A DNA stretch of 39,306 nt from Octopus sinensis (Eukaryota): positions 1-39,306 of the forward strand of contig NW_021835539.1 in assembly GCF_006345805.1 (NCBI RefSeq), given 5' to 3'. How positions within the stretch are numbered: position 1 is the stretch's first letter; the number at the start of each line of letters is the position of its first letter. The notes beneath the pieces were generated by a model that saw only the letters and a list, made by a program, of their open reading frames with translations, made no database searches and was not told the DNA's origin. This document shows positions 36,230 to 39,306 of the stretch, piece after piece. Both the position numbers and the translations under genes were made by a program.

Positions 36230-36395
36230 CATGTATGTATCTACGTATGTGTACGTGTATCTGTTTAAGTATGTATTCTTGTATGTATGAATGTATGTGT
36301 ATTTGAATAAATGTATGTACGTATGTATGTATGTATGTATGTATGTATGTATCTGTTTGTGTGTATGTGTGTATGTATGTGAGTATCTGTACAAA
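33925..36395. repeat. Long degenerate (TG)/(TA)/(TATG) low-complexity field with a ~260 bp unclassified island at ~35575-35830
   Basis: Direct inspection; source of the many YV/CM/HT ORFs. Confidence 0.9.
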
Positions 36396-36469
36396 GCTGT
36401 AAGAAGCAATTCTGAATGCCCAAAATACTGACCGTGCGATTTTATTGCTTTTTGTTGATCAGATATGCT

Positions 36470-37725
36470 TTGACAGTGGAGATGTGTGTGCAGTAGGTGT
36501 TCGACATAAACCCACCGGTCAGCAATACTCGGGCACTGGACTAGGGTGTGCAGAACAGTTTCACCTTTCTGGGCGCACCTCACGTGGGCCCGGCTGACGG
36601 CATTTCCGTGCCTATAAATTTTATCGCAAACAGTCAGCGCCCCTCGGTAGCACTGTCAGGCAAGGGATTTCTTGAAGTTATCCATAGGCTCAGGCCCGAA
36701 AGTGCTGCGAAACAGATCGGTTAGTTGATCTTCATCGACACCCAGAGTTTCCCTGAGGACGTCGTCGCACTTTCCCTTCACTAGCACTCTTTAGAAATTT
36801 AGAGTGGAAGTATTACCGACCGTATTGCCCGCCTGGTGGAGGACTGTGAGTGCTTGACGGCACTCAAGGTGCCAAGCGCCCTTCTTCGGACTACGCCCAG
36901 TCCAGGATTGCCGCTCAGTCAAAAAGACGAGCTGTGGAAAAGTGCCTCTTACAAACGGTGATCACACCTGCTCACCGTCAAGGAAAGGCTGGAGATGGCG
37001 CAACCTCAGCGCACGTCTGCGCATCAGTAACCAGGGCATGCCCACTCCTCCACTCAGCAGCTATTGACAACAGATAGAGCGCCTGACCAGTGGAATGCGC
37101 ATCTTCCACAGAAAACGGAAGAGTAAGCGCACAAGCTTGGTCAACCAGGAAACGGGACAAGGGACGACAGTGAAGCGGTAGGAGATGATGGGTGCCATGT
37201 ACGCGTTCGTCACCTCCGCCCAATCTTTCAGGTACAGCTTCCTCTTGGTCTATTTCTGGGTGAGATTGGCTACCCTTCTCGTCACTTCGTCCCAGTTCTT
37301 CTCCACTTGGACGTCCGGTCCAAACCAGACTCCGAGCAACTGTTGGGACCGTCTGTCCAGCGCAGCATGACGCTGTTGGACCGCATGGCTTGCCTCTCCA
37401 TGTGCCGAGCTGCAAGTCCACTGACTTTTCCGGTTCATTTTTGCTCCTGTTTTCGCTTCATATTCCTGTAGTGTTTCGACTGTCAGGTCTATATGCCTGT
37501 GGCTCGACACTATGACGGTGACATCATCAGCGTAAGCAGATACATTTCTCTCAGATACTAGATCACGCGAGACACCCATCAACGCCCCCAGCTTCCGCAG
37601 TAAATGGTTCAATAGTCAGTACATACAGAAGGGAGGAGATAGAGATAGATAGAGAGAGAGAGAGAGAGAGAGCACCCTTGAGGGACGGAACGCACGATGC
37701 GGAATGGCTCAGACAGGTTTGTAAC
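36470..37725 (-). mobile_element. Degenerate L1-clade (Tx1-like) LINE ORF2: RT core to C-terminal Cys/His knuckle
   Basis: LSEPFRIVRSVPQGC...LLYVLTIEP, VSAYADDVTVIV, LLGVWFG and RCAQKGETVLHTLVQC, with stops and frameshifts. Confidence 0.85.
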
Positions 37726-38520
37726 GTATGCATGCATGTATATATGTATGTGTGTATGTATATATATATATGCTCGCATATATATATATATACATACTTA
37801 TATATGTATGTGTGTTTCTACGCGTGTATGTACGTACGTATGCATGCATGTATGTGCGTGTACTGATGTATGTAGTTATGTAAGTATGTACGTGTGTATA
37901 TATGTACATATTCCATGCGCGTATGTATATAGGTATAGTTGCATACTTGCATGTAGGTGCCTATGTATGTATGCACGTATGTATGCATCTACGTACATAT
38001 GTATGTGTGTATGTATGTAAGTATGCACGTATGTACATGTATATGTGTGTACGTATGTATGTATATATACATGATTGTGTTTATGCATGCATGTTTATAC
38101 GTATGGTTTTATGTACGTGCCTATGTAGGTGCGTACGTATGTCTGTGTGTATATATTTATGTATTTATGCATCTGTGTATGTACTTATGTGTGTATATAA
38201 GTATATGAGTGTGTATGAATGTATGTATGTGTGCAGCATGAATATGTGTACGTAAGTGTGTATGTATGTGTGTGTGTATGCATGTATGTATGTATGAATG
38301 TATGTAGGTATGAATGCAAGCTTATATGTATGTACGTATATATGTTCGTATACATGTGTGTACATATGTGTGTGTGTATGTGTATATGTACGCATGCACA
38401 TTTGTATGTATATGTATGTCTGTGTGTATGTATATGTGCATATATGTGTGTGTACATATATGTACGTATATGTACATGTATTTTTGTTTGTATGAGTGTA
38501 TGTATGTATATATGTGTATG
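37726..38520. repeat. Degenerate (TATG)/(TG)/(TA) microsatellite field
   Basis: Direct inspection. Confidence 0.9.
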
Positions 38521-39306
38521 TTAGTTAGTTAATTTGGCTCAAAAGCAAATAGCAAGGCCATGTAGGGGGACATGGAGTTATGTTCAGGGTGGTGTTCATG
38601 TAAAGAGTTCAGGCCACTTGAAGTCAAGGTAGGCTTTGAACAAATCGGTCGTCGGCATCTTCACCATCTCGTCTGGCAGCTTGTTCCACGGATCCGCAAC
38701 CCGGACGGAGAAAGCTCCTCTCCTTCGATTGAGATGAAATCGTCGCAGGTAGAGCTTTTCGGAATGACCCCGCAGCCGACGCTCTGGAGCAGGAGTGAAG
38801 AACTGCTCTTTCGAGAGGTTACACTTTCCGCTAATGATGTTGTGGGCGAGAATGAGATCACCACGGCGGCGGCGTTTTTCAAGAGAATAAAGGTCGAGCG
38901 TCCTCAGCCTTTCTTCGTAGGACAAATTTTTGAGACCATCAATCATGTGGGTAGCCAGCTTCTGGACTCTTTCGAGATGCTGAATGTCTTTGAAGAGATA
39001 AGGAGAAGAGGCTTGAATCCCGTACTCCAATATGTGTCTCACCAGCGGAACATAGAGTGGTAGGAATATGGCTGCTGTGAGCATTCCGAATGACCGTCGA
39101 ATCAAGAACAGAATTCCGCGTGCTTTGTTGGCAGCACGGACGCACTGGGCCGAAGGCGAAATGGAGGAATCCACCAAGATACCCAGGTCCTTTACCTGAT
39201 CGGTCCTCTCCAGAAGTAGACGGCCCAGCTCGAAATCAATTTGAGTTGCAGGAGGAGAGCCAACAGGCAGATGACAGCACTTTGACACGTTCAGACACAG
39301 GTCCCA
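38521..39306 (-). mobile_element. Second copy of the CR1-group LINE 3' end (runs off the window)
   Basis: The 230-aa ORF at 38596-39288 differs from 29204-29896 at about 20 residues; same 3' UTR and ttagttagtt tail. Confidence 0.92.

Noticed and set aside
32357-38532. Dozens of YV/CM/HT-rich ORFs
   Set aside because: Frames of TG/TA/TATG low-complexity DNA.
1-39306. CRISPR array, rRNA or prokaryotic operon/defence system
   Set aside because: No regularly spaced repeat-spacer array or rRNA-like sequence; the DNA is intron-rich eukaryotic sequence.

Overview
AT-rich, microsatellite- and transposon-dense eukaryotic genomic DNA. The SINE families and gene type suggest a coleoid cephalopod, probably Octopus (inference). 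The + strand carries the 3' nine exons of one large spliced gene (3395-28464; 5' end upstream of the window). The reconstructed ~400 aa read ankyrin repeats -> C3HC4 RING -> C-terminal death domain: a Mind bomb (MIB1/MIB2)-like ANK-RING module ending in a death domain that canonical Mind bomb proteins lack. All nine exons join in phase with canonical GT-AG sites, but three ankyrin exons carry small deletions (three are single-A losses in homopolymers), which look more like long-read consensus errors than pseudogenisation. The intron between the RING and death-domain exons hides an old tandem triplication of a [RING-like exon + first death-domain exon] cassette, of which only the last death-domain exon copy clearly splices. 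The rest is TE debris (tRNA-derived SINEs, CR1-type, Tx1/L1, HERO-like and RTE LINEs, mariner, Tc1, Gypsy integrase, a MITE) and simple repeats. Most ORFs in the track are low-complexity artefacts. There is no CRISPR array, rRNA or true tRNA gene.
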